A stretch of 64,000 bases of DNA, from assembly GCA_964019425.1 (NCBI GenBank), contig OZ025789.1, positions 1,426,001 to 1,490,000 of the forward strand, read 5' to 3'. The first letter of the stretch is position 1. Every line of letters begins with the position of its first letter. The translations under genes and the position numbers were made by a program. This DNA comes from Flectonema sp. DT1601. Its lineage: Eukaryota. A model generated the notes under the pieces. The model was not told the DNA's origin. It did no database searches and saw only the letters and a program-made list of their open reading frames with translations. Of the stretch, positions 47,203 through 60,403 are shown in pieces.

Positions 47203-48120
47203 ATGCTACACAGAGGGAGATGGCAACAATATCGTTTCTTGAATGAAAAGCTCAGACCTAATGGAGCTTCAAAGATTGCATTATTTATTGACGGAGATAA
47301 TATTCAGTCACTAGCATTGCATAGAGCTTTAGGGATGTTGGTGGGGTATGGGAATGTTGTACTTCAGAGGTGTTATGTTGTGGACTCTGGAAGACATACA
47401 TCTGAGTGGTTGAGAACCAGTAGAAAGTATCCGTTGCAGATGGTGGAAGTTGAAGATTGTTCGGAAGCTGTCGATATTCGCATGGCGTATGATATTGGAT
47501 CACTTCTCGAAAAGAAAATAGTTTCAACTATCGCTCTGATGACTTCAGATACTGATTTCTCACCCGTCGCTAATCACATCAAACTAATGGGAGGTGTTTG
47601 CTTTGCATTTGGAGACGCTAAGAATACTAATTCACAATTCAAGAGATCAGTTGATCAATTCTTTTCACTAAATAGCTTCATAGGATCTTCTGAGTCACAG
47701 AATTCAACACCTGAAGAATGGACTCCACTGAAACCTAATAAGAGAAGAATAATTACAGGTCAGTCTGCATTGGCTGCTGAATACATAGCGAAGGCTGACG
47801 TCGGATCAATTAAAGCCCCTTTTCGATATCAAGAACCGATGGATTTACCTCCTGCGATATTTGATAATGTTTTTGATGGAAGGGTTCCTCTAATCAAACC
47901 TGAGATATCAACACCTGTCGTACCCGTAACTCCAAAGCCAACAGTTGGTGAAATACGTCTTCAACAGGCGGCAGAACAGTATAATCATTTTAATAAAGTC
48001 GACTCTTTTAATAAGCCATCAAAGCAGCCGGAGATTGGCAATCCTTTCGATAAGAAATTAAAAACTCAAACTGTCGATGATTCGGTTGATTTTTTAAAGA
48101 ACAACAATCCAATGTTCTAA
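47203..48120 (+). CDS. NYN (LabA/DUF88, PIN-like) domain protein
   Basis: IALFIDGDNI, VDIRMAYD, ALMTSDTDFSP, FAFG..VDQF. Confidence 0.85.
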   Translation: MLHRGRWQQYRFLNEKLRPNGASKIALFIDGDNIQSLALHRALGMLVGYGNVVLQRCYVVDSGRHTSEWLRTSRKYPLQMVEVEDCSEAVDIRMAYDIGSLLEKKIVSTIALMTSDTDFSPVANHIKLMGGVCFAFGDAKNTNSQFKRSVDQFFSLNSFIGSSESQNSTPEEWTPLKPNKRRIITGQSALAAEYIAKADVGSIKAPFRYQEPMDLPPAIFDNVFDGRVPLIKPEISTPVVPVTPKPTVGEIRLQQAAEQYNHFNKVDSFNKPSKQPEIGNPFDKKLKTQTVDDSVDFLKNNNPMF

Positions 48121-48303
48121 TCGACAAACTGTTGGGAGGGTTTCCTCTTCGCCATCACTCTACTGTACTACTCATCGTAGATTATTTATGTGACTTATTT
48201 CGTTGAATCGAATTTCATTTGTTCGCGGTATCTGCTGAAGTCGTCGGGAGTGCGTATTAAAATATTTTATTCATTTTCTTAATTACTTTTATAGACTAGA
48301 ATA

Positions 48304-49533
48304 ATGAAAACACATGCCAGGTTCTTTCGATCTGCTCCAGCTGATTTTTCAGCTTCACCTCAGCAACCTGGAAAGCCACGTCAAGAATATGATACTAAAT
48401 ATGACTCGGGGAAGAAGAGAAAACGGACGGCGATGTTCGATACCTTTTCTGCGGTAAAAGATTTAACGAGGGGAGGATTTAATCAAAATCAAAGTGAAAC
48501 AATGATGAGAGCTTGGGATACTAACTTGTATGATCTTCAAAAGAGAATGGAATACAGTTGCGTACCCCGCGACACTTTCACAAGAGAAACACAACGACAA
48601 TGGAGTGAACTCGACAGCATGCGAAGAGATATTTTAGTAATGGAAAAGACTCATCTCTTCAACTTACGCAGAGAGTTTGAAAAGTACAAAATGACAAGCG
48701 AGGGGCACACCAGTAAATGGGACAGCGAACTGCAAAAACTCGAAAACGGAAACAAACTTGACCAAAACTTGTTAAAGAGTAAAATGCAATCAGAAGTAGC
48801 TAAAGCGATAGAATCCTTCGAATTGAAATTAACTGCAGAGATGGCACGAATAGAAAACGTCTTTGAAAATAGAGTCCAAAGAGAAGTATCGCAGGCAAAA
48901 CTTGACGCCTATCGTACGATGGTAACGTTAGCTGTGGCTCTGACAACATTAGTAATTACCTACTTGAGATTCTTCCCGGCTGCTATCCCTGAAAAGCCGT
49001 CTACTCCTGAAAGACAAGAATCAACATTACCGATGGCTGCATTAATACCTCAGCAGCCAGCTGTTCAAACAGTTCATCTGCCTGCAGTTCCGAATGCTGC
49101 TGTTCACTACCCGACAACACACGCTGCATTCCAACAGAGTGCTGCAGCAGCTGTTCCTCAGCAGGCAGCTCCACAACCTCCTCCACAACAGCATCAGCAA
49201 TTTAATCATCCGACTTCGTATCAAGTTCCATCAATTACTACTCCAGCAGCTCCTTGTGTCCCTCAAGGAGTCGTTGAGCGTGAAGTGACGGTAGTGAAAT
49301 CGGTAGTTCCACAAGTGCAGCAGCAGCCTCCTTTGTACCAACTTCCTTCAACTAGTACCCCAGCAACTCAAACAGCTCCAATCCCACAAGTGGTCGCAGA
49401 GTCCCTGCCGGAAGCAGTCGCAGCACCGCAGTCTGCGACACTAAAACAAATTCCTCCAACGTCTCCAACTCACGTTCAGACTCAATATCCTCCTGCAGTT
49501 GAACCCACTGCCAGTAACACCAACCTGAAGTAA
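48304..49533 (+). CDS. DUF1640 / CCDC90-MCUR1-like coiled-coil membrane protein with P/Q/A-rich tail
   Basis: FDTFSAVKDLTRGGFNQNQSE head motif, coiled coil, TM helix ending YLRF. Confidence 0.75.
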   Translation: MKTHARFFRSAPADFSASPQQPGKPRQEYDTKYDSGKKRKRTAMFDTFSAVKDLTRGGFNQNQSETMMRAWDTNLYDLQKRMEYSCVPRDTFTRETQRQWSELDSMRRDILVMEKTHLFNLRREFEKYKMTSEGHTSKWDSELQKLENGNKLDQNLLKSKMQSEVAKAIESFELKLTAEMARIENVFENRVQREVSQAKLDAYRTMVTLAVALTTLVITYLRFFPAAIPEKPSTPERQESTLPMAALIPQQPAVQTVHLPAVPNAAVHYPTTHAAFQQSAAAAVPQQAAPQPPPQQHQQFNHPTSYQVPSITTPAAPCVPQGVVEREVTVVKSVVPQVQQQPPLYQLPSTSTPATQTAPIPQVVAESLPEAVAAPQSATLKQIPPTSPTHVQTQYPPAVEPTASNTNLK

Positions 49534-50450
49534 GACTTTTGTTTGATAAGAATTAATGAAACAAACCCCTTTTGTTATCACCCCTTTCTGTCACTACGGA
49601 GGTTGTTTGTTGTAAGAAATTTGTTTAAAGTAATCGACAAACAACTACGTGAGTCTCAGAAAATGTGTCTGAGCGTTAGTAAGAAATGAATGTAATCTGA
49701 TGTGTCTGCTGACACACAAAATCTAACTTTTCAAGTTGTTTTATAAATTGACGGCTGCGGTTGTCCAGCGTACCAATCCGGGCACGCGAAACTAACAAAG
49801 CAACCAGCGGTCTGCAGTATGATCCTTTGCGGGAAGTAGTAATAACTGATGGTAATAATGGTAAGATGGTATTATTCAAATCTAAGGTCGAATAGTACCA
49901 AACCCTCTTCTGATAATAATATTCTTATTGAGGATGAAGAGGGGTGTTCTATATTTGGAGAAGTCCGTCAAAACTCGCAGCCTAGCGTGCAGCGCAGGCT
50001 GGGTTTCGTGTACTGAACTACTATTTTAACACATTCTCTCATATTTGTACTTAAACATGACTGTTGGTATCTTTAATTAGATATCTCAGTTTAGTTGTAT
50101 TTGTTCTGTGATGTAGTTAACTGGAATCGGTTCTCAGTTTCTATTTGGAGATGAGATCTGATGAAAGCTTCCAGTACTGGTCTGGTTGACTTCAAACTTG
50201 TTTTGTTTTAAAAAGTAGGGGAAGGTAATAAATTGTGTTCCTCGTTCTATGATTCCCTTTTTCCTTTCCTTTCGAGGGGGGGGAAAAGAAGAAAAGCCGG
50301 CTTTTTCTTTTTTTGCCGAATGTGTACCAACCATTTTTTTGTTTTGTTTTTTTTTACTCCGACTCGCTCGATGCGAAGATATCCGCAAAAATTCGTCGAT
50401 TGAAAATATCCCTCAGATCATAAATACATTCATCTACAGGTCTCTTGTGT

Positions 50451-50724
<274 letters not shown>

Positions 50725-50786
50725 ACATAACAGATAACGGATAACGGATATACTTCCTTTAGTAGGCTGCCAATCGTGTAACAAAA

Positions 50787-51410
50787 ATGAACGAAATGGA
50801 GGATGCAGCCTTCCGATACTCAGCGCTGAAAAAGCGTCTTGGGCTTGTAAAGCATCATAAAGAAGAAGTCATCCGATGGGATAATGGTGTCAAGGAAGAA
50901 ATCCAACAGTACCGTAAAGACTTAGATGTAAAGCGACGTATTGACGTTTCAAAAGAAAATGAGAATTTAAGAAAACAGGACGAAATAGGAGAACAGTTCA
51001 TCGTATTGGAACGGGAAGAGATAAGAAAAGAGAAGCTTCTCAATAATTGGAACGACAGCTGGTGTTTCATACGACAAAAGGAAGCGAAACAGAACTATGA
51101 AAACAGTCTTCTCGATCACTTTATTTCAGTGTTTATTCTTGAAGAAGCACAGAGTAGAATTGCACTTGAGCGAGCTCATGGAAGATCACTCCACACGTTG
51201 AAATATGAAACTTTAAAGTCGTGGAACTGTTTCTATAATACTTCTGATTGGTATCAAGACTGGGAATCGAATTACTCCAAAAACTGGAACTCGAATCTAA
51301 AACTGGCCCATCAGGCGAGACAGGCTGCCGAACAATCAAAAGCGGATGCCGTGGCTACCGAGATTTCCTTGAAAAGGAAACTGGTGCGCACTATGACCCC
51401 CCCGACTTGA
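50787..51410 (+). CDS. Hypothetical coiled-coil protein, 207 aa
   Basis: ORF with charged helical composition. No family recognised. Confidence 0.65.
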   Translation: MNEMEDAAFRYSALKKRLGLVKHHKEEVIRWDNGVKEEIQQYRKDLDVKRRIDVSKENENLRKQDEIGEQFIVLEREEIRKEKLLNNWNDSWCFIRQKEAKQNYENSLLDHFISVFILEEAQSRIALERAHGRSLHTLKYETLKSWNCFYNTSDWYQDWESNYSKNWNSNLKLAHQARQAAEQSKADAVATEISLKRKLVRTMTPPT

Positions 51411-51597
51411 TAATATTTACTATTTACACAAACAAAGATGTTGTTTCTGATGATTAGTTTCATTAGTCAAGTGGAACAACATATTTTGCCACTCACATGA
51501 GTGTTGCCGCCTTTGATAAAACTATTGTTGAAAAAGTTTGTCGTGAATGTATTTAATATTTAACTTCCTTTCAAAGTACTCAGTTCCACCCCGAAAG

Positions 51598-52490
51598 ATG
51601 TCGTTGTGTGACTCGCCACAAAAGAGAGGGCGAGAGAGTTACCGACCTGTTAGTGTGATGCCGTCAGCGAGGAGAAGCTTTAGTAATACCAGCAGGGCTT
51701 CAATCGGTTCTGTTGGGAGAAGATCTTTAGGCGGGAATTCATCTGTGGAAAGGAGACCATTACATCAGCCAAGGCGAGTAGCAGAGAAGTATGTGAGTGC
51801 GAAAGATAAAGCTGATCAAAGAGCTAGAGAACAGTTAATAAAAGCGAGGAAGAATAGACGAATGGAGGGACTCAGTAGAGACAAAAGACGAGTGACTCAG
51901 CCAGCTACTTACTCAGAACTAGCTGCTCCAATCGAACAACAACAGCAGCAGCCACAAGCTCCAACAGCTCCAACACCAGCAGAGGCCCCAAAACCCTTTT
52001 CATTACTAAGTATTACATACAGCAACCTAATTGAATCCATGGGTCGCTTTATCAAAGCACCTGTAGAGGAACCAGTTCCGGAAAGTCGTGAAACCCGTCT
52101 CGCGACTCTGAGAGATCGTCGAAAACGGGAGAAGATGCAACCTGTTGTTGAGGAGCAGCCTCCACCAGAATCTGAATTCGATTTAAATGATTTGCCTTGC
52201 GATGAGGATTTCGCACCACCAGCAGCTCTTCCTCGAAAGTCTCTTCAAGACCGTCGTCTTGAAAGACAGCGTCAGAAAGCCAAGGCATCTGAGGCAACAA
52301 GTCCTCCTGGTAGTGATCAGGTATATTTATTGCCATGATTCTTCATTTTATGTATCCAAAATAACAACAACAACAATAACAAACACAGAACTCGCGGTAT
52401 GACAACCTCCTGCAGCAGACTAAACGTCCTCGTTATTCAGTCAGTGCCAGAGTGGAAGCAAATCCGGATGACGTTTCGGAAACTGATTAG
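51598..52490 (+). CDS. Hypothetical R/S/P-rich protein, join(51598..52320,52389..52490)
   Basis: ORF plus a 68-nt GTATA..AAACACAG intron giving an open last exon. Confidence 0.65.
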
Positions 52491-53036
52491 TAGTCATCTG
52501 TATCATCCTGCCGTCTGACCTTCAGTTGTTTATTTGTTGTGGTTTGGAACAGTCACGAGAAAAAGTAATATTTCCCATCCGTGAAGAGATGTTCGTCTCT
52601 TTTCGAAGTTGTTAAATTTATTGAAAAAAATATTTACGTCCTTTGTCCGTTTTTTTTTGTGATACTCGACAACTGCGGTAATAAAAAAAAAAAAAAAAGA
52701 AAGAAAGTAATATTGTAACCCACCCCGTTGCCGAGGCGATCGAAGGAAAAAAAAACGAGTCTCCACCCTCTCATTAAAATAGAACAAAAATGTATCTTTT
52801 TTTTTATTTTATTATTATTATTTAAGTATCCCCTCTTAGATATTGGCATTAGAGCCGTTTTATGCTGGTTTTTGGTTAAAATAGCCAACCATCAGTATTA
52901 TTGTTGGCAAGCCTTTACAATTTTTTTTTGTTTTTTGTTTTTCTAAAAATTCTAATTTACTTTTTCTAACGCAGGGCGGGGGTGGGGGAGAGGGCCTTTA
53001 TAACGACGACTAAAAGTTAACAAATTATAAGCCATA

Positions 53037-54306
53037 ATGAGCGACATACCCGGAAGAGATGTTTTAAATAAATGGAGACTGAGTGACCTGACGATGAAAG
53101 AGACCCTAGGAACGGGTACGTTTGGAAGAGTGAGATTGGTACAGGCGACAAATGGAAAGGTTTGTTTTTTATTTCATTAAAGCTCATCAACACACATCAA
53201 CAATCAACAACCAACAAACAGTTCTACGCCCTTAAAATCCTGAAAAAACAAGAGATTATTAGAATGAAGCAAGTGGATCACATCCTCGCGGAAGCAGCAA
53301 TTTTGTCAGAAGTAACCCACCCGTTTGTGGTTAACATGTTAAGAGGATTTTCAGATGATCACAGGTTTGTGTTATAACTCTCATCAGGTCTTTGTTGTTT
53401 ATTCGTATTCTTTATAATCAACAAATCAAATCAAATCAGATTATATATCCTTCTCGAGTATGTTCCTGGTGGTGAATTGTTTTCGCACTTGAGAAAGGCG
53501 ACGAAATTTCCGAATGATGTTTCAAAGTTTTACAGTGCTGAGGTTATGATGGCATTCGAATACCTCCACAGCAAGGATATTATTTACAGAGACTTGAAAC
53601 CAGAGAATTTGCTTCTGGACATTCAGGGACATATAAAGATTACTGATTTCGGATTTGCTAAGAAAGTTCCAGAGAGAACTTTCACCCTCTGCGGTACCCC
53701 TGAGTACTTAGCTCCTGAAATTATCCAATCGAAAGGTCACGGAAAAGCTGTTGATTGGTGGGCACTCGGAATTCTTCTTTACGAGATGCTTGTGGTATGT
53801 TTTTGTACTTCTTCATAAATTAGTGCAGTCAGTCAAGTAGACGTACCATAACAATAATTAACAACAGGGTTATCCTCCATTCTTTGATGAATCCCCGTTT
53901 AGAATATACGAGAAGATTCTCGAAGGAAAACTTCAATTCCCAAAGTGGATTGACTCAAGAGCAAAGGTTTGTATTATCCTGTTGGAGTTATTTTTTGATT
54001 ACAGAAATACAACAACACAACTTACTACAGGATCTTATTAAGGGACTTCTTACGTGTGATCACACGAAACGTTTGGGTACTTTGAAGAGAGGAGTTCAGG
54101 ACATTTTGAAGCACAAATACTACCAAGGAATTGATTGGAATGTATTACTTGAGAAGAAGATTCCAGCTCCTATTCCTGTTCGAGTTGGAAAGGATGGAGA
54201 CAGCAGGTACTTTGATAGATACCCAGAGTCACCTCAGGGACAGTTGAAGCCGCTTACAGCAGCTCAACAAGAACTGTTCCGCAACTTCCAATGTGAGAAG
54301 CTGTAG
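53037..54306 (+). CDS. PKAC: PKA catalytic subunit, join(53037..53159,53222..53364,53440..53794,53868..53966,54031..54306), 331 aa
   Basis: [43 protein letters not shown], FxxF tail. Four GT-AG introns restore one continuous frame. Confidence 0.95.
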
Positions 54307-57300
54307 ATTGAGAAGACCACAATGTCAATCTCTGAAGCCTTTTAAGAAAAAAAAAAAAAAAAAAACACCAAAAAAAAAACAACGCGAAGGAAAATGTTAT
54401 TTTTAAAAAAAAAAACACAGAGAAAAAAAGTAAACATAAAAAAAAATAAATAATAATAATTAAAAAAAATCTAAATAAAAATACAATGACAAGAGTGTGA
54501 CGACAATCTTATTGAGTCTTCCCCTCCCTTCCCTATATTTTCCTTTTTGTTTCCCCTTTGTCTAGACAAAACCAGGATTATAACAACAGAAAATAAAACT
54601 TAAAAAGAAAACAACTTGGTTTCCATATGCAGTGTAGCTACACAGTGCCAGTAATGTGCCAACAACTGTGTAGGGTAATAAGGTGGGCGCTCGAGCACCA
54701 GCCCATCGTCTCAAGAAAGAACCGAATTAGAACCTGTAAAAAGTTTCCCATTGAACCCCACTCCCATATAAGTTGTAGGGCATCGTGCTGCGGAGACGAA
54801 GAATAGCAAAAAAAAAAAAAAAAAAAAAAAGAGATTTGCTGTACAAAAAAAATTTCAAAAAAAAAAAAAAATTAAAAAAAACATTAAAAAACAAAAAAAA
54901 AAAGTTGAAAAATCTCAAAAAAAAAACTAAAAAAAATCCAAAAATCACCCTCAATGCAAAAACGAAAAACTTAGTGAGCAACCGTAAGACGCAATCAAAA
55001 GACGACACTTGGCACTGTAACGCGAACGGAGGATTGGCAGCGAGTTCTTAATTGGACAGCAGTCACACAAAAAAAGTAAAATCCACTTCCCCTTTTCTTT
55101 CTCCGAGAACAAGGCAAGAAGATGAGGAAAAAAAAACCTGAAAGGGCGAGATGTGTGTTTTCTTTTTTTCCATTTTTTTATTTCCTTTTTCTAAAAATTC
55201 CCCCATATTACAATAGTAAGTAAGTGTTGTAAACAAAAAAAAAAAAAGTCCGCACACACTCCACACACGCATGCACAGGTAGATAACTGCAGCTGTACCT
55301 TTTTTATTGTAGTCATCCAAGACGAATTTTTCGCTTGCGCACGAACAACAAGTGTTGCAAAACAACCAGCAAGTGAGCTACGAGCATGTTCAAGTTCTTG
55401 TTCTGAACATATATTGAAATCGCATAGCATACTATTCTCAATATGATCTAATCAGCATTCTCAAAGTATGCAAAAAAAAAAAAAAAAAAAGAAGAAATAC
55501 TTAATTACAATGGTATTCTCTTTATTGGGGAAATACTATCGGAAGGTTTTTCTTATTGTTCACATGTAGTTGTGTGTGGCTCTTTGCAGTTTTGATTCAC
55601 AACAACCATCCTTACTGATATAAAAGCAACAGTTATAAGGAGCCAGTATTATTTTTTAAGGTGTATTAAGCCTGATGAAGCCTCATTAGCAACCGCGAAA
55701 ACTACTTGCCACAGAAAGGTCACTAAGACGGGTGTTGTAGGTGATGATAAGAACCCAAACACTAGAAGAATTGAACATAATATTTTTTTTTCTTTCCCCC
55801 CCTTCCCGCAACCAGTACATGAAGTGTGTTCCCTTCCCCTCCATAAGTCCCATTAAATCTATTTGACTTGTGTAAAAAGATGTTTTTTTCTGCCTGTTGT
55901 GTCTTTTAGATTACAACATCTTTGAAATCTGTTTTTTTTTCTTCTTTTTTCTTTTCTTTTTTGTTTTTTTTTTCCTCCTCTCTTTTTTTTTTTTTTTTTA
56001 ATTTTTTTTATATTTTTTTATTTGGATAGTTGCAATTCCTGTACAGTAGCGATACGAAGCGATCTCAATGATTCCCTCCCCTAACGGTACACGTTCGAAA
56101 GGATATCAGTAGTGACCATTCAAACCCTTCACTCGCAAGTCTACCAGTGCGCTATCAGTCTTCCCTCAAAAAGCAAATATTACAACGCTGTCGACTTGTT
56201 TGCGATTACAACTTGATGTCTCTCTGGTTTCTGCTTTTCACGACTAAGCAAAAAAGCTGCGTCTCAATTTCAAGGCTAAAAAAGTGAGTGTCTACAATAG
56301 ATATTTTGTGATATTCAGAAAGAGAGACCACGGATCGCTTTTGAAAAAATCAAAAAGGACCAGCGAATAAAAAGTCTCGTGTGTTTTTCACGACTTTTTT
56401 TTTTTTCATGCAGAGACTGAAGGTTTCTAAAAAAAAGCGAAGAAACTTATAAAAAAAAATTTTAAAAAAAAAAAAAAATAAAAAGAAAAAGGGAAAAGAA
56501 AGAATAGAAAATTCTGGAAGAATAAGAAACGGAGAGACAAGGCACGTTAGCACCTTTCCTTTCTTCACGTTTTTATCTGCACCCAGCTATGTTGAGTGTT
56601 GGATTATAAGCTTTGTGCGACTTTCGATCCTTACTGCCAATTACTTATGTTCTTCCCTGTCAGTTGTAAAACGTGCTACTTAAAAACAAAGATTCTCAAT
56701 TAACTGTCTGCTTCTTTATAAAAAAGAATAGGTCTTTGTGAAAAAAAAAAGAAGAAGAAGAAGAAGAAAAAAAAACGTGTTTACCGCGTTGAACGTAGCG
56801 ATCTTTTTTTTATTTATTATTATTTTTTTTTCTTTGTTTGTTTGTGCGCGATTATCGGTTCACAACTTGCCTTTTTTTTCGTTCAAGCATTTGTCCAGTA
56901 TGAATGTTCTTTCCGGAGGAGGGGGAAAAAAAAAAAAAAACCGTCTCTCAGATCGTTGACAACTCTCTTCTGCTGCGGCAGAAGAATTTGTATAGCTGTT
57001 TATTATTTATCATTTTTGTTAAGGACTGGTGCTCATTATCCGAACAAAAAAGTCTTTTTCTTAAACTAACAACAAAAAGCACTAATTTGCATGCACGTGT
57101 CAGTATTACTGGGAGTCGAATTGTATGTAAACAACCCGTCAATGGATTGTTTTTATTCGTTCACTCTCTCGAACAGGGGTCTCAGACGCGGCCACTTGCC
57201 TGAGAAGTGGAAACTATTGCTTTTTCACACCTCTCAATGAATGCGAGAAACAACAAAAAGAAAACGAAAGAACCAAAAAAGAAAAATGCGGAAAAAAAAT

Positions 57301-57924
57301 AAAAAGAAAAAAAAGAAAACGAAGAAGATAACCCCCGCAATCCTCCCCTGGTTCGAATCCCTCCCTTGAAAGAAGATAAAAAGTTCGAGTACGAGAAAAA
57401 ATGCGAATTTTAAAACAAAACAAAAAAAAGGAGAGAGAAAGAATCAAAGTTTAAACACTGAAAAGGGGTGAGGGGGGTAATATTAAAAAAAGAAAAACAA
57501 CAAAGAGGGGAAGTGACTCCCAAGTAAGAACCCAAAGTATAAGGACTACTGCACACTCTGAACAGTCTGTTTGCAATAGCCATATAATCAGCTGTTCCTT
57601 TTTTTCACAATCACAAACAAGGAAACTGTGCAGTTCCGAAGGAGAAAAACGGGTCCCCTCGAACACTGAAATAAAGAAATGATACAACGAATGCAAAGCA
57701 TCCCACCCCCGCCCGGATAAGCTACAATAGTTGTTATAATGTTTGGATGTCTGTGGGGTTGAGTTTATGTTTGGTATCGATACGAATTATTAATTAAAAT
57801 TTCTTTCTTTTAAAGTTTTAAAAACAATAAGTGAGGAAGACTGGAACTCTTCCTAACTGTTACATAATACGATTTGATAGAAGTTTGTTGTTCTTATATT
57901 TATCAGTAGCAGAATGCTTCCTGG

Positions 57925-58213
57925 AATGCAGATATTGAAGCTCAGAACATATACGGCGACATGCTTCACCTCTCTGCGTGAGAATCTTTTAACAACAACG
58001 CGGCTGTTGCTATCAAAAGGTTAGTAAAGTTAATGTTGTTTACGTCAATAAGGATTCTGCACTTATCCAAAGCTCTAGTCATTCAGATATGGTTCGCCTC
58101 GAAACACAGCCTTGATATTAGCTGTTTACAGTAAGTGTTTTGAATCCGTAAAAATTCTGATCGAATCGGGAGCGGATATTAATATCGTAAATGGTGTTGG
58201 TCTCCTTTTATGA
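57925..58213 (+). pseudogene. Decayed ankyrin-repeat gene fragment
   Basis: NADIEAQNIYGDMLHLSA* and RNTALILAVYSKCFESVKILIESGADINIVN in broken frames. Confidence 0.7.
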
Positions 58214-58376
58214 TAATGCTCTTGTCTTGGTCCTATTGAGATAATTCTTTTGAGATTTCAGAAACCTTTATTACAAACCCGAAACTGTTCTGAAACATTC
58301 TTTGCGAATGTTAGTAATATTTGTTTTCATCACCTTCAGTACTTTTACAGATCTTTTTAAACAACTCACCTAAAGG

Positions 58377-59147
58377 ATGACAAGCGAGGCAGAAGTCAAG
58401 ATCCGTAAGGAAAATGCTGCGAAGCTGAAGGCGGGATATAGTTCAGAGAAGAGAATGATGGAAATCGGGTGCTGTGTTTCGTTCGTTGTGTTGTGGGTAG
58501 TGAACTTTGTGAGGATTTGTAAAGAAGCATCAGACTTTAGGTACGATGTGATTCTCGCAAATGGGATTGTTGCTGTGGTTGTTGCAGAGATCGTAGCGGA
58601 TTTCATGAGTGGATTGATTCACTGGGGAGCAGACACTTGGGGATCAACAGAAACACCAATTATCGGAACATTCATCAGATCCTTTAGGGAGCACCACGTC
58701 AACGCATATGCGATGTGTGAACACGATTGGGTTGAAACTAACGGAGATAACAACATGCTTTGTGTTCCAACTCTTATTTGGATGCTTCTATCAACTGCTA
58801 CTGAAGAAGGCTCATGGTACTCTCCGGGAACAATGACATGGCAGATGTATTGTTTGGTACTAACTTTACTTATAAGTCTGACAAATCAATTTCACAAGCA
58901 GGCACATCAAATTAAACCTCATCCAATAAGTAGATTTCTTATGAATACTAACTTAGTGTTAACCAGACAGAACCACTCAGTTCATCACAGAGGATTGCAT
59001 GATGAAAGTTATTGTATCACTACTGGATGGTTGAATCCATTTCTTGATCTCATCGACTTTTGGAGAAAGTTGGAATGGGTCATTACCAAGGCCACCGGAT
59101 ACATTCCCAGAGAGAATGATATCCAACTTTTGGGTAAGGAGGAATAG
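58377..59147 (+). CDS. PEDS1: Plasmanylethanolamine desaturase, TMEM189/Kua/CarF family
   Basis: ADFMSGLIHWGADTWG, FIRSFREHH, TNQFHKQAH, HSVHH, YCITTGWLN histidine boxes. Confidence 0.9.
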   Translation: MTSEAEVKIRKENAAKLKAGYSSEKRMMEIGCCVSFVVLWVVNFVRICKEASDFRYDVILANGIVAVVVAEIVADFMSGLIHWGADTWGSTETPIIGTFIRSFREHHVNAYAMCEHDWVETNGDNNMLCVPTLIWMLLSTATEEGSWYSPGTMTWQMYCLVLTLLISLTNQFHKQAHQIKPHPISRFLMNTNLVLTRQNHSVHHRGLHDESYCITTGWLNPFLDLIDFWRKLEWVITKATGYIPRENDIQLLGKEE

Positions 59148-59815
59148 AATAAAAACCTTTCTTATAAGTCGCCGGTTTTAGAGAAAGTGGATAAGACATA
59201 ACAAGGACCACCAGATGCCATTTTGGTGATGATAAACTGTTTGCCGTTAAACACCTTCTCTTTACTGATCGGGTACTCCCTTGGCCGCGTAAAGTGATAA
59301 GATGTGACGTATGTTGTGATTTTAGTTTTGTATTCATCAAAATCGCGCTTAGTCGGCTTTTTGACCTTCTGAAGGTCTTGTCCTTCTACTTTTGTGCGCA
59401 TTTGACCGATTTTTGTTGAATCATTTGCATGAATCACATACTCGGACAGTCATTCGTGTACTCGTTATTTGGTTCTCATTTGGTTAGAACAAAAAGATCA
59501 TTTCGCCCTCTCTCGCGAGGGCGAAATCACCCCACAGCTAGTGGTCGGTAGCATTCATCTTAGTGTGTTTTGACTGTCCGCTTCTCATTATCTTGCAGGT
59601 GTTTTTTCATTTTTTTGCACACTGCGCAAGCAACAATAGAGCACAACACGTGAAAAACAGATGCAAATAGAAGAGAGGGAAATAATAAAATGTGAATAGA
59701 GCAAAATTGTAGCAATAATTACTTCTTTTTTTTCAGCAGGTAAACAACAAGTGTAGCAGAGAATAGAATGTTGTTAAATGAATCAATTCCAACTTCTGTA
59801 TTCAGGTAATTTCAA

Positions 59816-60403
59816 ATGACTGACCCTGCTGTCATAGTGCCAGGACTGTTGCTCGGGTCACGGTTGGCTGCTGAGAAGCGAGAGGTGCTGAATTTGCATG
59901 GGATCACATATGTTATAAATACTTCTAAAGAGATACCGAGCTACTTCGAAAATGATAAAACAACACATGTAGCGTACCTAAAGCTACAACTAGAAGACAG
60001 TGAAGAAGATGATATGGAGTCTTGTTTTAAGCAATCATCAGAGTTTATTAATTCTGCTCTTCGCAATGACTCTTCAGTGCTGGTTCACTGCCAAGCAGGA
60101 ATTTCACGTTCCGCTACTATTGTGATTGCCTACCTGATGTGCAACAAGAACATGTCTTTGAAGGAAGCTTATTTTCATGTAAAGTCAAAAAAAACAAACA
60201 TTCAGCCCAACATTCACTTTTTCAAAACTCTTCAAAAGCTGGAGCGGTGTCTGACAGGTCTGGAAGCCACGTTCTCTCTGTTGGAATATCACACAGATGT
60301 CTTAACTGAAATGGGTTTTGACAGCAACATTGCAAAGAGGGCTTTAGAGAGATCGGAAAACGACTTCAACTTGGCGCTGAGCATTTGTCTCGGAGGTTTC
60401 TGA
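59816..60403 (+). CDS. Dual-specificity protein phosphatase with C-terminal UBA domain
   Basis: VHCQAGISRSAT (HCx5R), IQPN..F, LTEMGF..AL..ND..AL. Confidence 0.92.
   Translation: MTDPAVIVPGLLLGSRLAAEKREVLNLHGITYVINTSKEIPSYFENDKTTHVAYLKLQLEDSEEDDMESCFKQSSEFINSALRNDSSVLVHCQAGISRSATIVIAYLMCNKNMSLKEAYFHVKSKKTNIQPNIHFFKTLQKLERCLTGLEATFSLLEYHTDVLTEMGFDSNIAKRALERSENDFNLALSICLGGF

Noticed and set aside
54785..55051. Lys-rich ORF and similar poly-K/poly-F ORFs in intergenic DNA
   Set aside because: Translations of A/T homopolymer tracts, possibly from low-quality consensus.
55674..55725. CTGATGAAG..CGAAA minimal hammerhead-like core
   Set aside because: Stems I and III cannot be formed convincingly.
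57335..57370. GGTTCGAATCCC B-box-like motif (a similar one lies near 25090)
   Set aside because: No cloverleaf or A box around it.
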